64,000 nt of DNA, from assembly GCA_964016885.1 (NCBI GenBank), contig OZ024742.1:177754001-177818000 (forward strand), written 5' to 3'. The stretch is from Eledone cirrhosa (lineage: Eukaryota). The position numbers were made by a program, and so were the translations under genes. Of the stretch, positions 43,807-57,276 are shown piece after piece (within the stretch, counting starts at the first letter, position 1; each line of letters opens with the position of its first letter). The notes beneath the pieces were generated by a model. That model had not been told where the DNA came from. It ran no database searches and saw only the letters and a program-made list of their open reading frames with translations.

Positions 43807-43846
<40 letters not shown>

Positions 43847-44217
43847 TATGTGTATGTATGTGTATATATATATCTCTATTAATGCGTGTGTGTATGTATA
43901 TACATATGCCTTTTTATTATTATTTTTATTTGTATGTCTGAGTTAGGTGAGGTTGTAGTGGTTTTTTATGTATATACGCATATATGGATGCGTATGTATT
44001 TGTATATATGAGTATAAGTAAGTGCATATGTATGTATGATTATATATCTAATTCTATGTATGAATATACATGTATATATATGTGTGTATGTAAGTTGTGT
44101 GTGTATGTATGTATATGTCTATGTGTGTATATATATATATATGTATATCGATGTACGTGTATGTATGTACATGTATGTCTATGTATGTGTGTATGTATGT
44201 GTATGTATATTTAGGTG

Positions 44218-44278
<61 letters not shown>

Positions 44279-44515
44279 ATATATATATGTATATATCTTT
44301 ATTATTTATTTTTTATATATATGTGTATGTGTGTATGTGTTATGTGTGTGTGTGTATATATATATCTTTTATATATGTGTATGTGTATGTTCGTGTAGGT
44401 GTATGTGTGTGTATGACTTTATATGTATGTGTGTATGTGTGTATGCGTAAATATTTCTATGTGTGTGTACATGTATGTATGTGTATATATCTGTATGTGT
44501 GTGTATGTGTATTTG

Positions 44516-44553
<38 letters not shown>

Positions 44554-44578
44554 ATATATATATATATGTATATGTATA

Positions 44579-44613
<35 letters not shown>

Positions 44614-44929
44614 CTATATGTTTTTCTATTCGTATATGTATGTGTGTATAGGTATATACCTTTCTCTTTGTATTTCTAAGTTGTGTGATAGTGTAGTGGT
44701 GTTTGTATGTATATACCGATATATAGATGCGTAAGTATTTGTCTGTATGTATATATGTAAGTCTGTATATATTTGTGTGTATATATAGCTATGTATGTGT
44801 ATATCTGTATGTATATTAGTATGTAAGTGTTGTATATGTGCATGTATGTGTGTGGTTATATATATCTGTGTATATATAGTATGTGTGATTATATGTATAT
44901 GTGTGTGTATATGTACGTGTATATACATA

Positions 44930-44986
<57 letters not shown>

Positions 44987-45912
44987 GTATATGTATTTGT
45001 ATGTATATGTGTGTATGTATGTACGCGTGTATATGTATATGTTTATATATGTGTGTGTATGTATGTTCTTAGTGTGGATGTGTGTATATGTATGTATGTG
45101 TTTGTATATGTGTGTATATTTATGTATGGGTGTGTGTGTGTCTATGTGTATATATATGTATATTTATATATATATATATGTGTGTGTGTATATATATATA
45201 TATATATGTATATGTATGTGTATATATGTGTATATATATATATATTTATTTTCTTGATATATTTCTTTTTTCTTTTTTCTTTTTTCTTTTTTTCTGTTTT
45301 TCTTTCTATTCTTTCCTCTTTAATGTTTATTTATTATATTTTATTTTTTTATTTTTTTATTTTTCTTAGTTTATAGATACATCTATAGTAGGCAGTCTGC
45401 TCAGACCGTTGAATACTGACCCCCCCCCCCCCTCCCACCTAATTTCTGTATCTTGATCTAAAAATGTGTGTGCCAGTGTTTTATGTGAGTGAATTAATAT
45501 CCATGTGCTTATGATTTTATATCCACATATATAAATGTGAGTGGGGGTGTGTGTGTGTTTGTATGTTCGTGGTTATGTGTATATTTATGCATATACGCGC
45601 GTGTATGTGTGATTGTACGGATATGTGTGAGTATGAAAAAATATATTTATATACTTAATTTCATAAATGTCAATACGCATCTTATCTGTGCATTATAAAC
45701 TCACAGAGACATTAACCTTGAAATTTTGTATTTGCATCCATCCTTTTAGTATGCGTATACAAATTATACATACATTTTTGTAAAATATGTGTAAGGGTTT
45801 TACATGTATATACACACACCGAACTGCATTTAACCCTTTGTGTTTTCATTGGTCAATTTTGTTCCCAAACGGACCTGAAATTTTGAATTGTTGTTATTAT
45901 CAATAAATATAC

Positions 45913-46067
45913 TTCATTATTTCTGAAGACGGCGTATATATGTGTTTGGTATGTATATTTAATCTTGATAATTTGTATAATTTTGTATAATTTTGTACAT
46001 AGATCTGTTGAATATGCATACCAATTCTAACACATATATATCCTAGAAACGATCGTTAAATAATGAA
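45913..46067 (+). ncRNA. Type I hammerhead with 116-nt stem II (family E)
   Basis: ttcattattt-CTGAAGA-[long hairpin tatatatgtgtt/aacacatatata, tggtatgtatatt/aatatgcatacca]-GAAA-CGATCG-TT-aaataatgaa. Stem I is a perfect 10 bp. Confidence 0.82.
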
Positions 46068-46252
46068 CTTTTTTTGTTTAATATAAGGAATTGTTTATTC
46101 ATTATTTGTTTAATATTTTATCTTGACTCTGTATACCGTTTATCTTTCACCGAAAGTGTTTTTTCATTACATCTCTTCTTTCCATGATATCCGGAATACA
46201 TTGAGTTCTTCATACGGATTGGACACTACCGTAAACTCTTGGTAGATTTATC

Positions 46253-46305
<53 letters not shown>

Positions 46306-46338
46306 GATGAATAGAAGCTATCTTTTTAAAACCATATT

Positions 46339-46399
46339 TATTTTATTATATATATTTCAAGGGTACCAACATTTTGTTACGCCCTCATCAGATAAAATA
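46339..46399 (-). ncRNA. Type I hammerhead motif (family A)
   Basis: tattttat-CTGATGA-ggg..aaca/tgtt..ccc-tt-GAAA-tatata-TA-ataaaata. Confidence 0.75.
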
Positions 46400-46944
46400 C
46401 AGGAATTGGTTTATAAATAGTGACATATTCAGACAAGAACTTAATGATGTGTTCTATTTGAATAGTGAACAATATTTCAAACCTCAAGATGAATATGCTA
46501 ATGAGGATAACGTTAAAACTGAAAAAGATCGTTATGTATAGACGCTAGGTAAATTTAAATAATTATTAGGATTATTTTTTTAATAAGAAAAGGAAATAGG
46601 GGTTACTATTATGGTGGAAGAAAATTTAAGAAAAGATTTTAAGAGAAAATATTAAAACTACTAAGAGAATATTTATAGGAATGTACGTATATAATTGTCC
46701 GAAACGTATTTGCAAGGGCGTAGAGAGAATGAAATAATTATATTTATTGTTATTTATTTATTTATTTAATTATATACTTTGGAAGTATTTATAATATAAT
46801 GTATGAATTATAAATAAATGTGTTAAGATGAAAGAATATTAATTCAAAATGTGAATTCTTATATTTATATATACGATTGGGACTATTCCTCAGGCGTGTT
46901 TTAATATGATGAAGATTGCAGTTATAAGAATATTTCATTATGTG

Positions 46945-47124
46945 GATTGGCAGTATCGGTAGAGGGTCGGACTCCATGCTTTCCAGCATAGTTACGTCCC
47001 ATTGCTGTCTGAGTTCAAATCGCGCCGAGGTTAACTTTGCCTTTCACCCTTACGGGGTCTATAAAATAAAGTACCAGTAATGTACTGGGTATTTGATGGC
47101 CTTGTGCCAAAAGTAGAAACAATT
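46945..47124 (+). mobile_element. tRNA-derived SINE
   Basis: Full copy of the 4468 family. Confidence 0.87.
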
Positions 47125-47629
47125 ATATTATAAGTGGTTAGTTGTATATATAAATGGTTTTGGTGAGTATATATTTTATTTATTTAGTAGATAAATAATT
47201 TTAGTTAGATATAGATAGCTTTATATGAGAAGAGTTATGATATGTTGGGCGAAGATATGTTTACATTTTTAATATATGGCTTAAGAATGTTAGTATAGAT
47301 GTATTTTATTTTGTATATTCTATAGTTGTATATAGATAGAAATAAATATACGAAATTTTAATATTTATGTAAAGTTTAAATGTTACTTAAATTTTAGATG
47401 TAAACATGTTTCTTTTCAAAGGAAAAGATAACTGTAATGTTTATTAGTTTACGGAGTTAAGTTATTTAAAGATATAGTTATATGTATCGTTTAGTCTCAA
47501 ATTTACATTCAAATTATATTCTAATTGTAGTATATGAAAAAATTATTTCATATATGATTTTAGAGCATCATATATTACATATGTTCCAGGATAAAAATTT
47601 TATGTATATATTTTGATAACATTACTTGG

Positions 47630-47826
47630 TGAATTGGCCGTATCGGCAGAGGGTTGGGCGCCATGCTTTCTAGCATAATTACGTCCCTTTACAGTCTGAG
47701 TTCAAATCCCGCCGAGGTTAACTTTTAACCTCGGCGGAATATCATCCTTACGGGGTCGATAAAATAAAGTACCAGTAATAATGTACTGAGTAATTGCTGG
47801 CATTGTGCCTAAAGTAAAAACAATTA
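47630..47826 (+). mobile_element. tRNA-derived SINE
   Basis: Same family, with a small internal inverted duplication ccgccgaggttaa/ttaacctcggcgg. Confidence 0.83.
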
Positions 47827-48324
47827 CTTATACATATGTATAAATTTGGTGATATTAAGTATTTGTATGTATGCATTTTAAATACATATAAAGGCTATTA
47901 GAAACATGTTCAACAATCATCAAAAATACCTTCAAAAATATCATTAAAAACATCACACAAAACAAAAACAGCGAAGACCTACAAATTGTAACTGGGTAAG
48001 ATATAGAGGCTATATATAATATTTTCTATAGATTATAGATAATTTTAAAAGTCTTGCAGGGTCGATGCAAACAAGAATTAAATAATTATTTCTTTTTGTT
48101 TATAGCATTCTTAGGATTGGTAATTATGTGAAAAATTTCTTCAATACAAAGATGATAAATTCTTGACAGAGCCATATTCTGGTTTGCGGCCGCTTTCGAA
48201 ATTGTTCTCCAAGAGATCGAACAGTCAATATTACTGTCTTTTAAAGACCAAATTAAATGTGATAGTGATGTTGAGAATTTTCTTGAGTGCTTCTATTCGG
48301 TTATAAATTAAATTTGTTGAATAA

Positions 48325-50032
48325 CACCGTGTAACAAAGAAAAATATATTTTCTCTGTTCCTGGCTTGTAATCACTTTTTTGTGTTGCTTAGGTCACAAA
48401 TAAATAAAAAAGTGCTATTAAACAGTTAAAAGTTTGGGTTTCTAAAAATTCTAAGCTATTCACTAGAATTATTTGTATGCTGGATTTTACGTTGTATGTA
48501 AGTTTAATTTGCTTATGTTAAATGATTTTTTTTTATATATGTTTCAGGTTAAATTAAAATTATAAAATAAAATTGTTAAAAAGTGAATTAAAGAGATTTA
48601 TTGATACTGGATTTTCGCACCCTGAATAAAGGGTAAGTTGTGTTTTAAGCATTCGTCTCCAGGATGAAGCGGTGGGAACTTGGTCAAAGAGGAAGTGCAG
48701 GTGACAAGTTAGAGAAGTCGACACGAACCTTTCTCAGGCTTTTACACTCTTAGGGATGGCCTGTGCTTCTGCCATGACGTGCCCGGAGTGTTTGACGTTA
48801 TTGGGTGCCGTTTGTGCCTAAGGAGTGGCGGCTATTTATAGACAGCTCCACCACAAGTTTGAAGGCTGTCCTCCTCCACAATGGAAACAAGTTCCCGACA
48901 CTGCCCCTAGCTCATTCAGTTTGTCTGAAGAAAGATTACTACAGTGTGAAAGTCCTCTTGGAAGCTCTGCAATACAACCAGTACAGTTGGGAAATCATTG
49001 GAGACTTCAAGAAGGTGCCTTTCCTGCTTGGACTCCAAGGAGCCTTTATCACATTCCAATGCTTCCTCTGCCTTTGGGACAGCATAGTCCCCCCCCCCCC
49101 TGACCACTACAAAAGAAAGAACTGGGAGCAGCGAACAGAATTTGTAGTTGGGACCCGGAACGTAATCTGGGAGCCACTGGTTGATCCCAGGAATGTGCTC
49201 ATGCCGCCACTGCACATTAAGTTGGCGTTGATGAAGCAGTTTGTGAAGGCTCTCAACCAAGAATCAGCCGCTTTTAAGTAACTTCTTGAGTTCTTCCCAA
49301 GTTACCTGAGGCCAAAATCAAAGGTGGAATTTTTGTTGGACCTCAGATAAAGAAGGTGTATGAGTTTACCGAGGTCTCCAATAAGCTCAATAGGATTGAG
49401 AGAACAGTATGGAACTGTTTCAAGGCAGTTGTTAAGGGCTTCCTGGGCAACTACAGATCTGAAAAGTACCAGCAACTGGTACAAGATCCGATAAAGGCTT
49501 TTGGCGCCATGGGATGCAGGATGTCGCTTAAACACCATATGCTGGACGCTCACCTGAAAAAATTCAAGGACAATATGGGCGCCTACTCAGAAGAACAAGG
49601 CGAACGATTCCACCAAGATGTGAAAGAGATAGAGCGGAGGTACCAGGGCCACTACATTGAAAAATTTATGGGGGCCTATATCTGGGGGCTAGTGCAGGAA
49701 TGCAACCTGGACTACAACCGCAAATCCAGGAAATCCAGTCATTTCTAACGTGTATAAGTTGCTTTACAAGTGTTATTTGTTTTTGCTTGTTGGCTTTTGA
49801 TAAGCTTGTGTAATAAAATAAATGTATACAATGTTGATTTAATTATGTGAACTGATAAATTTTTAAAAAATGTGTTTCTTCTTGAAAAATATGAAAATTA
49901 ATTTCGAAATATCAAACTCCTAACCACAAACCCAAACTTCCAATTAAATAATAGTGTTCTTCCATAATAATGGGATATAACAAACCAGGAAATAACAGTT
50001 AACACCAGGGAAAAATAAAATGTTACACGGTG
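48325..50032 (+). mobile_element. Chapaev3-like DNA transposon, defective and probably internally deleted
   Basis: TIRs CACCGTGTAACA (48325) and TGTTACACGGTG (50032). Transposase remnant WRLFIDSS..LKAVLLHNGN, CFLCLWDS, PPLHIKL, SLK.H..H, SEEQGERFHQD with a stop and frameshift near 49280. The superfamily name is from recalled motifs. Confidence 0.78.
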
Positions 50033-50067
50033 TATATATATACATATATATATATACATATATATAT

Positions 50068-50150
<83 letters not shown>

Positions 50151-50178
50151 TAATATACATATATAATATACATATATA

Positions 50179-50221
<43 letters not shown>

Positions 50222-50256
50222 TAATATACATATATAATATACATATATATATATAC

Positions 50257-50303
<47 letters not shown>

Positions 50304-50388
50304 CATATATATATACATACATATATATATACATACATATATATATACATACATATATACATATATAAATACATATATACATATATAA

Positions 50389-50419
<31 letters not shown>

Positions 50420-50462
50420 AACATATATATACATATATATATATACATATATAAACATATAT

Positions 50463-50547
<85 letters not shown>

Positions 50548-50549
<2 letters not shown>

Positions 50550-51370
50550 TAAGTATGTACACGTACATACATATATGTATACAGACGTACAGTAGTATGT
50601 ATATACATACATGAACACACACATATATATATATATATGTACGTATGGGTTTACCGAACATTTATTATAATGTTCGGTTTGTTTGTAAACAAACAGCCGG
50701 AATTAAGCCGTACAGTGTTCTCAAACGTCGTCGCCCTTTAGTTTAACACTGACAAAGGAACGATGAACTAGTTTCAAGCTTATTAGCTATCGTCAGCATC
50801 ATATACCTTCCTGTCAGATGATTGAACGTTTGAAAGTATATACTTTCCTTATGCATATTAACGGCTGAGCAACCTAGTTTGCATATCGGGTGAGTTAGTC
50901 GGCTGGGCGTACCGAAAACGATAAATGGAAAAGAATGAAATGAAATTTCATTTCTCACTCTTAGTACGGCTGATACTTAAATGTAAATATGTACACGTAC
51001 ATACATATATGTATACAGACGTACAGTAGTATGTATGTATATATATACATACATGCACACATATATATATGTACGTATGGGTTTACCGAATATTTATTAT
51101 AATGTTCGGTTTGTTTGTAAACAAATAGCCCGAATTAAGCCGGACAGTGTTCGGCAACCATCATCAGGCTGTTTGTTTACAAACAAACCGAACATTATAA
51201 TAAATATTCGGTAAACCCATACGTACATATATATATATATGAGTGCATGTATGTATATATATAGATACTACTGTACGTCTGTATACATAAATGTATGTAC
51301 GTGTACATACTTACATTTAAGTGTCAGCCGTACTAAGAGTGAGAAATGAAATTTCAATTCATTCTTTTCC

Positions 51371-51375
<5 letters not shown>
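50548..51375 (-). mobile_element. Older retrozyme-like insertion (about 1.4 tandem units, period ~434 bp, plus inverted part)
   Basis: Homologous to the 422-bp unit. Forward part 50548-51159, inverted part 51167-51375. HHR at 50762-50800. Confidence 0.85.
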
Positions 51376-51418
<43 letters not shown>

Positions 51419-52199
51419 GGAAATTTAGTAAAATCAAATCTCTGGCGGTTTGCAAGCAAATTCGGCCTTCTTATATGAAATAATGAGTTAGCAAAGCACT
51501 CGATAAGTTAGGTCCTTAGAGTAATAACATACGTTTAAATAGCTTGACAAATCGAACATTCTGGTAGGCAAAATCTAACACACAATAATATACCAAATAA
51601 CGATAGAACTAACAGGTTGAGAAAACTACACCTGGACAAATCAAACGATTATACGTTTAAAGTGTTTCTTTGAATCCGAAATCAAATATCAGACTTACGT
51701 GACTGGCAAGCTCGTGGTATTCATGATCGAACGGATGATTCAGTTTTTCAACAGGCTTTTCGTTCTACCCAGAACAGGGGTGATAGTCTAAATGTTGCTG
51801 CTAAATGCTGCGTATCGTATCTATAGTTGTCACGTGTTAATTCCGGCAAGGGAAATAACCCCCGGTTTTGGCGGGTCATTCTCGTCTGTGTTGAAGCGAA
51901 ATCCTATTTCTTTTCTATTATAAGTTGAGCCAACTTATGCAGCTTCATATGCAAATGAGATGAATCACCTTATTTACACAGACGAGAAATGTATATATTC
52001 TCGCCTGTCTTCTAGTCCAGCAGTCGCAAGCAGTGGGAGGGACCGTGCTGACGATGGCCAGTTAAGCCTGAAATGCATAGACGGTTGTCCCCCTTGCTTC
52101 TGCTGGACTTCACCAGAGGGCGTTAGCACCCCCCTCCCCGGTGTTTGCATAACTACGGTTTCCTAAAACCGTATTTCTTTGGAGATACGAAATATTTAT

Positions 52200-52695
52200 A
52201 CAAATTGTATAAGGCTATGCTTGAAGCAAAATCCTATTTCTTTCTTATATATATATATATACATCAATATGATGGGTGTGCATATAAAGACGGTGCTTGA
52301 ATCTATTGACCACTAACTCCTATCTAGATCCTACTAGACGCGGGTGTGTCTACCTTACGTTTGTAGACAATGTTACTGGAGAGGCATTTCCCGGATAGAG
52401 AGCAGTCTTCCCGATTCCTACAATTATAGTTAGTACTATTTACAGGTTTGCACGTGTTACTACGTCTACGTACTTTAGCTAAATTTGAAGCAGTGATGTT
52501 ATAGGCAAAGTTAGGAGTTGTGGAGTAAGATATTTTAACGGTATTTCTATTTAAAATGTTATTATATTTATGTTCTGGGGGAAAATGCTTCTTAATTAGG
52601 GAGAGAAAGATCTTAACTAATGGTGCGGCCACCTCCATATTATATGGTGGGTTATACCATATAATGCGTTGGGATCTATTTTTCCTAGGTTTATT
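52200..52695 (-). mobile_element. Penelope-like ORF fragment
   Basis: IMWYNPPY, KHFPPEHKY..ILNRNTVKISYSTTPN, NCRNREDCSLSGKC..IVYK. Confidence 0.85.
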
Positions 52696-52716
52696 CTCAT
52701 ACGTAGTATATGTATA

Positions 52717-52772
<56 letters not shown>

Positions 52773-52777
<5 letters not shown>

Positions 52778-55098
52778 GGAAAAAATGAAACGATATTTCA
52801 TTTCCCACTCTTAGTACGGCTGTTACTTAAATATAAGTATGTACACGTACATACATATATGTATACCGACGTACAGTAGTATGTATATATATATATACAT
52901 ACATGCACACATATATATATGCACGTATGGATTCACCGAACATTTATTATAATGCTCGGTGTGTTTGTAAACAAACATCCCGTATTAAGCCGTAGTGTCT
53001 AGCAACCACCGTTGCTCGTTTGTTCAACACTGACAAAGGAACGCTGTACTAGTTTCAAGCTTGTTAGCTATCGTCAGCAACGTATACCTTCCTGCCAGAT
53101 TGTTGAACGTATATACTTACCTTATGCATATTAACGGCTGAATAGCCCAATATGCATATCGAGTGGGTTAATCGGCCGGGTGCACCGAAAACGATAAACG
53201 GAAAAAATGAAACGATATTTCATTTCCCACTCTTAGTACGGCTGTTACTTAAATATAAGTATGTACACGTACATACATATATGTATACCGACGTACAGTA
53301 GTATGTATATATATATATACATACATGCACACATATATATATGCACGTATGGATTCACCGAACATTTATTATAATGCTCGGTGTGTTTGTAAACAAACAT
53401 CCCGTATTAAGCCGTAGTGTCTAGCAACCACCGTTGCTCGTTTGTTCAACACTGACAAAGGAACGCTGTACTAGTTTCAAGCTTGTTAGCTATCGTCAGC
53501 AACGTATACCTTCCTGCCAGATTGTTGAACGTATATACTTACCTTATGCATATTAACGGCTGAATAGCCCAATATGCATATCGAGTGGGTTAATCGGCCG
53601 GGTGCACCGAAAACGATAAACGGAAAAAATGAAACGATATTTCATTTCCCACTCTTAGTACGGCTGTTACTTAAATATAAGTATGTACACGTACATACAT
53701 ATATGTATACCGACGTACAGTAGTATGTATATATATATATACATACATGCACACATATATATATGCACGTATGGATTCACCGAACATTTATTATAATGCT
53801 CGGTGTGTTTGTAAACAAACATCCCGTATTAAGCCGTAGTGTCTAGCAACCACCGTTGCTCGTTTGTTCAACACTGACAAAGGAACGCTGTACTAGTTTC
53901 AAGCTTGTTAGCTATCGTCAGCAACGTATACCTTCCTGCCAGATTGTTGAACGTATATACTTACCTTATGCATATTAACGGCTGAATAGCCCAATATGCA
54001 TATCGAGTGGGTTAATCGGCCGGGTGCACCGAAAACGATAAACGGAAAAAATGAAACGATATTTCATTTCCCACTCTTAGTACGGCTGTTACTTAAATAT
54101 AAGTATGTACACGTACATACATATATGTATACCGACGTACAGTAGTATGTATATATATATATACATACATGCACACATATATATATGCACGTATGGATTC
54201 ACCGAACATTTATTATAATGCTCGGTGTGTTTGTAAACAAACATCCCGTATTAAGCCGTAGTGTCTAGCAACCACCGTTGCTCGTTTGTTCAACACTGAC
54301 AAAGGAACGCTGTACTAGTTTCAAGCTTGTTAGCTATCGTCAGCAACGTATACCTTCCTGCCAGATTGTTGAACGTATATACTTACCTTATGCATATTAA
54401 CGGCTGAATAGCCCAATATGCATATCGAGTGGGTTAATCGGCCGGGTGCACCGAAAACGATAAACGGAAAAAATGAAACGATATTTCATTTCCCACTCTT
54501 AGTACGGCTGTTACTTAAATATAAGTATGTACACGTACATACATATATGTATACCGACGTACAGTAGTATGTATATATATATATACATACATGCACACAT
54601 ATATATATGCACGTATGGATTCACCGAACATTTATTATAATGCTCGGTGTGTTTGTAAACAAACATCCCGTATTAAGCCGTAGTGTCTAGCAACCACCGT
54701 TGCTCGTTTGTTCAACACTGACAAAGGAACGCTGTACTAGTTTCAAGCTTGTTAGCTATCGTCAGCAACGTATACCTTCCTGCCAGATTGTTGAACGTAT
54801 ATACTTACCTTATGCATATTAACGGCTGAATAGCCCAATATGCATATCGAGTGGGTTAATCGGCCGGGTGCACCGAAAACGATAAACGGAAAAAATGAAA
54901 CGATATTTCATTTCCCACTCTTAGTACGGCTGTTACTTAAATATAAGTATGTACACGTACATACATATATGTATACCGACGTACAGTAGTATGTATATAT
55001 ATATATACATACATGCACACATATATATATGCACGTATGGATTCACCGAACATTTATTATAATGCTCGGTGTGTTTGTAAACAAACATCCCGTATTAA
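52773..55098 (-). repeat. Tandem array of a 422-bp non-coding unit (5.5 copies), one hammerhead per full unit, retrozyme-like
   Basis: The same motif starts at 52774, 53196, 53618, 54040, 54462 and 54884. Units look identical by eye. Confidence 0.95.
53042..53082 (-). ncRNA. Minimal type I hammerhead (family F), repeated at 53464, 53886, 54308 and 54730
   Basis: cgttg-CTGACGA-t-agct-aaca-agct-t-GAAA-CTAG-TA-cagcg. Stem I extends through ggaa/ttcc, ctggca/tgtcag and ttcaaca/tgttgaa. Confidence 0.88.
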
Positions 55099-55123
55099 AT
55101 ATAGATATTAAATATAGATATTA

Positions 55124-55510
55124 AATATCGTTTCATTTTTTCCGTTTATCGTTTTCGGTGCACCCGGCCGATTAACCCACTCGATATGCATATTGGGCTA
55201 TTCAGCCGTTAATATGCATAAGGTAAGTATATACGTTCAACAATCTGGCAGGAAGGTATACGTTGCTGACGATAGCTAACAAGCTTGAAACTAGTACAGC
55301 GTTCCTTTGTCAGTGTTGAACAAACGAGCAACGGTGGTTGCTAGACACTACGGCTTAATACGGGATGTTTGTTTACAAACACACCGAGCATTATAATAAA
55401 TGTTCGGTGAATCCATACGTGCATATATATATGTGTGCATGTATGTATATATATATATACATACTACTGTACGTCGGTATACATATATGTATGTACGTGT
55501 ACATACTTAT
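55124..55510 (+). repeat. Inverted ~0.9 copy of the 422-bp unit with HHR at 55261-55301
   Basis: Reverse complement of the array unit, joined through a duplicated 13-nt linker (attaaatatagat x2). Confidence 0.92.
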
Positions 55511-55572
<62 letters not shown>

Positions 55573-55630
55573 GAAGTTGATGTTTATTACGGTATGTTGA
55601 ATATATTTATCTATAAAACTGTTTATATTG

Positions 55631-55696
55631 TATTTTGTCTGATGAAGGCATAGCATATTGTTAATATGATATCCCCGAAATATATATAATGAAATA
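55631..55696 (+). ncRNA. Type I hammerhead motif (family A) in a solo ~175-bp element
   Basis: Nearly identical to 18703-18768. The element spans about 55570-55745 between (TA)n tracts. Confidence 0.75.
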
Positions 55697-55748
55697 AATA
55701 TGGTTTTATAAATATAGTTTTCCATTTATTTAATATTTAATATTGTAT

Positions 55749-55863
<115 letters not shown>

Positions 55864-55947
55864 AATATATATATATGTATATAAATATATATATATGTAT
55901 ATAAATATATATATATGTATATAAATATATATATATGTATATATATG

Positions 55948-55998
<51 letters not shown>

Positions 55999-56659
55999 GC
56001 GTGTGCGTGTGTGTGTGGACATAGGTTAGACACATGTTATAGACTTTGCAATCATTAGGTTCCGGTTTCGATCATAACGCGGCACCATGGGTGTCGAGAC
56101 ATACCCTGGGAGAGTAATTAGTTAACCGGAAACTGTTGGATGGTCTGTACATGTAACTCAAAAAGACAGTTTCTTCACACATTGTGTGACGCTGAAGCTC
56201 CCTTAGAATTTCATTAACGGTGCATATATTTGTGTAGAATACTCAGCCATTTATAAGTTAATTTCATCACCTTGTTACTCCTTTGGTCGAACAACTGGAA
56301 CAACTGGAATACTCATCGTTGAAACACAGGAAGGTCCATGCTACTCGTAAATACTTCACATTTTCTAGAGCACGCAACAGACAATACAATGTTTTATATT
56401 AATTTAGTTTCTGGACTCTGTTGCCCAATGCATGCTTTCTGCGTGCTGCTAATCAATTTCTATTTATGAAACTAAACAGCTAAACGTAAAATACATTGAA
56501 CAATAGTTCTTTAAATTTGGAATGTGTTAAAGAACATCCAGCGGTAATTAGAATTAAAGACAGAAAAGAAGGAACAACACGAAATTAAAAATGAACAAGT
56601 AAAATAACATTACTAAATAAACCGTACATTTGAACACGCTTACCTACATGCACAAAACA

Positions 56660-56753
<94 letters not shown>

Positions 56754-56755
56754 TG

Positions 56756-56819
<64 letters not shown>

Positions 56820-57058
56820 CATGTATATATATATTTACATATATACATATATATAGGGGAGGGTCATATTTGTGTAATATTGCCATATATATATATACAT
56901 ATATATATATATACATATATATATACATATATATACATATAATATATATATAATATATTTATATAAATATATATATATGTATGTGTGTGTATATACATAC
57001 ATACATACATACATATATGCATGTATACATATATATATATATAAATATATATACATAC

Positions 57059-57187
<129 letters not shown>

Positions 57188-57236
57188 CGTGTGTATTTAG
57201 ATATAGGGAAAGATATATATATACATATATTTTTAA

Positions 57237-57276
<40 letters not shown>

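Larger units (their letters stand above)
38115..46255 (-). mobile_element. 5'-truncated Penelope-like element with ~4.4-kb microsatellite-rich 3' region and ~2.5-kb inverted terminal copy
   Basis: 38115-40625 is the reverse complement of 43595-46121. The spacer holds the GIY-YIG ORF. An HHR lies near each outer end and (TA)n flanks both sides. Confidence 0.9.

Noticed and set aside
38115-46121. DNA transposon with giant TIRs
   Set aside because: The enclosed ORF is a PLE GIY-YIG domain cut off at the arm boundary, and one arm is simply the element's own 3' end.
52200-52773. Treating the PLE fragment and the 422-bp array as one element
   Set aside because: They are separated by a (TA)n tract, and the same unit occurs at 50548 with its own ends, so separate insertions are more likely.
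52773-55098. CRISPR array or ordinary satellite
   Set aside because: No unique spacers and a eukaryotic context. The hammerhead, inverted cap and dispersed second copy argue against a plain satellite.
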